Shown: in pieces, positions 62,417-64,000 of the stretch
Numbering within the stretch: position 1 is the first letter of the stretch
Layout of the letters: each line of letters starts with the position of its first letter
DNA from: Octopus vulgaris
Lineage: Eukaryota
DNA: 64,000 nt
Reading direction: 5' to 3'
Assembly (NCBI GenBank): GCA_951406725.2
Contig: OX597819.1
Span: 60,512,001 to 60,576,000 of the forward strand
Notes under the pieces: generated by a model
Databases searched by the model: none
The model's input: the letters and a program-made list of their open reading frames with translations, nothing else
What the model was told of the DNA's origin: nothing
Program-made: the position numbers and the translations under genes

Positions 62417-62781
62417 TAGGTTAGTGACTGGAGTGTGATACTGATGAGTAACTGCATTTGAATCAACTGGGTGATCATTGTTTTCAGATATCTATCCTGG
62501 TTGTGGGTGCAGTAATCCAGTGAGTAGGGATTATGTCTTGTTGAAGGAGATAATATTAGCATAGTTCCATAGGAGAATGTCTTTGAGGTCTTTGCTCATG
62601 AATCCAGTACAGGTTTGACATGAAGGAGGAAAGGAGGAGTTTGCAGAAGACTGGTGGGTTGGGATAGTCCAGTACCTACTTGTGATGGGTGGGGACAAGA
62701 GAGTGGTCAGATGTTTTTGCCCAGTAAGGCTCAATAAAGAGCAGATCTTGTTTTAGTAGTAAACTTCAGAGAATTACAGAG

Positions 62782-62834
<53 letters not shown>

Positions 62835-63154
62835 GAGATGCAAGAGAGTGAGAGAAGAAGAACAGGACATGTGAGAAGGAGAATGGGGTATGAAGGAGGG
62901 AGTATGATATGAAGAAGAGAGAAAAAGAGATAAAACAGGACATGAGAGAGGAAGAACAGGATATGAAAGAAGGAAGTGATATGAGGAAGAGAGAAGTAGA
63001 GAGAGAAAGAGAGAAGAAGAATGAGGGAGATATGTATGTGGAAGGTGAATGTTTGTAAGCAATTACAATAATTACTTGGCTACTAATGTTTCCCTGACTC
63101 TAGTTGAGGAACATTATCAAAACATTTGTATATAAAATAAAATAGGGTATTTAA

Positions 63155-63497
63155 TGATATACAAACAGACATACATACAAGCAGGCTGACATACATACAT
63201 ACATACATACATACATACATACATACACACATACATACATACACACATACATACATACATACACACATACATACATACAAGCAGGCATACATACATACAC
63301 ACATACACACATATGTACAAGCAGGCAGACACATATATACATACATACAAACAGACAGACAGACAGACATACCTACCTACCTACCTACCTACCTACCTAC
63401 CTACCTACCTACCTACCTACATACATACATACATACATACAAGCAGGCAGATATACATACAAGCAGGCAGACATACATACATGCATACACGCATACA
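63155..63497. repeat. Compound tetranucleotide microsatellite (TACA/GACA/TACC)n
   Basis: Direct reading. Confidence 0.95.
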
Positions 63498-64000
63498 TCT
63501 TCAATGTTTAATTGAGCTAACACTTGATGATGCACTTAATTTCATCTAAAATGGGTTAACCATGATCACCAGCCCCCTCACTACGCCAAATTAACCCATT
63601 AATATATAGTGTTCCCACTATATATTCAGAATATCATAAAATATAAAGTATTTTAAAAAATTTTAAATACTTGCTCTATTTGATGGCATATAAGTCACAC
63701 TTTCCACCCAACCCACCAAAAAAAAAAAACCTTAAAAAAATCTCTCCCTAGTCCTACGTGTAAAGTAAGGTCGATATTACATCTTCTAATTCAGCAAAAA
63801 CCTTTTCACTGAATATACAGGGTGCGACAGAAGTAACACCCTTTTATATCGAATCATGGTGTTTTGATGAAACAAAACTTAATAAGTTTTATATTTAAGG
63901 GATAAGGAATTATGAACATTATTTACATTATTTACATTTGACAGATATTTATCCTCATCTTGTTTGTTGTTAACACGTTTCCAGAGGTGAATTATTCAAA

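Noticed and set aside
63816-63860. TA-CAGGGTG.. possible Tc1/mariner end
   Set aside because: Only one putative terminus is visible near the window edge.

Overview
AT-rich, microsatellite- and retroposon-dense animal genomic DNA. The repeat landscape suggests an octopod cephalopod (inference, not verified). Two host genes lie on the + strand. The first is the last coding exon of a 26S proteasome AAA-ATPase Rpt3/PSMC4 (228-341). The second is a complete ZC3H14/Nab2-type nuclear poly(A)-binding CCCH zinc-finger gene, hand-spliced here into 16 coding exons (11694-45465, about 720 aa) plus a probable 3'UTR exon (50456-~51230). Most ORFs in the supplied track are microsatellite or repeat artefacts. 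The rest of the window is tRNA-derived SINEs, RTE and CR1-like LINE relics, Penelope-like (GIY-YIG) relics, two near-identical non-autonomous Helitrons, HINE-like, hAT and piggyBac-like MITEs, and local duplications. The most unusual signal is a short repeated retroelement that joins a tRNA-derived Pol III head, an (AAT)n spacer and a minimal Penelope-type hammerhead ribozyme. It inserts with Penelope-like inverted-copy-plus-tail geometry and 12-bp target duplications. Other notable items are a perfect 57-bp-arm palindrome at the breakpoint of a 1.85-kb tandem duplication, a ~100-bp target duplication, a promoter-proximal 322-bp tandem duplication, and a TpA-rich, CpA/TpG-poor block. Repeat boundaries are read by eye and are approximate; exon boundaries were checked by frame and GT/AG.
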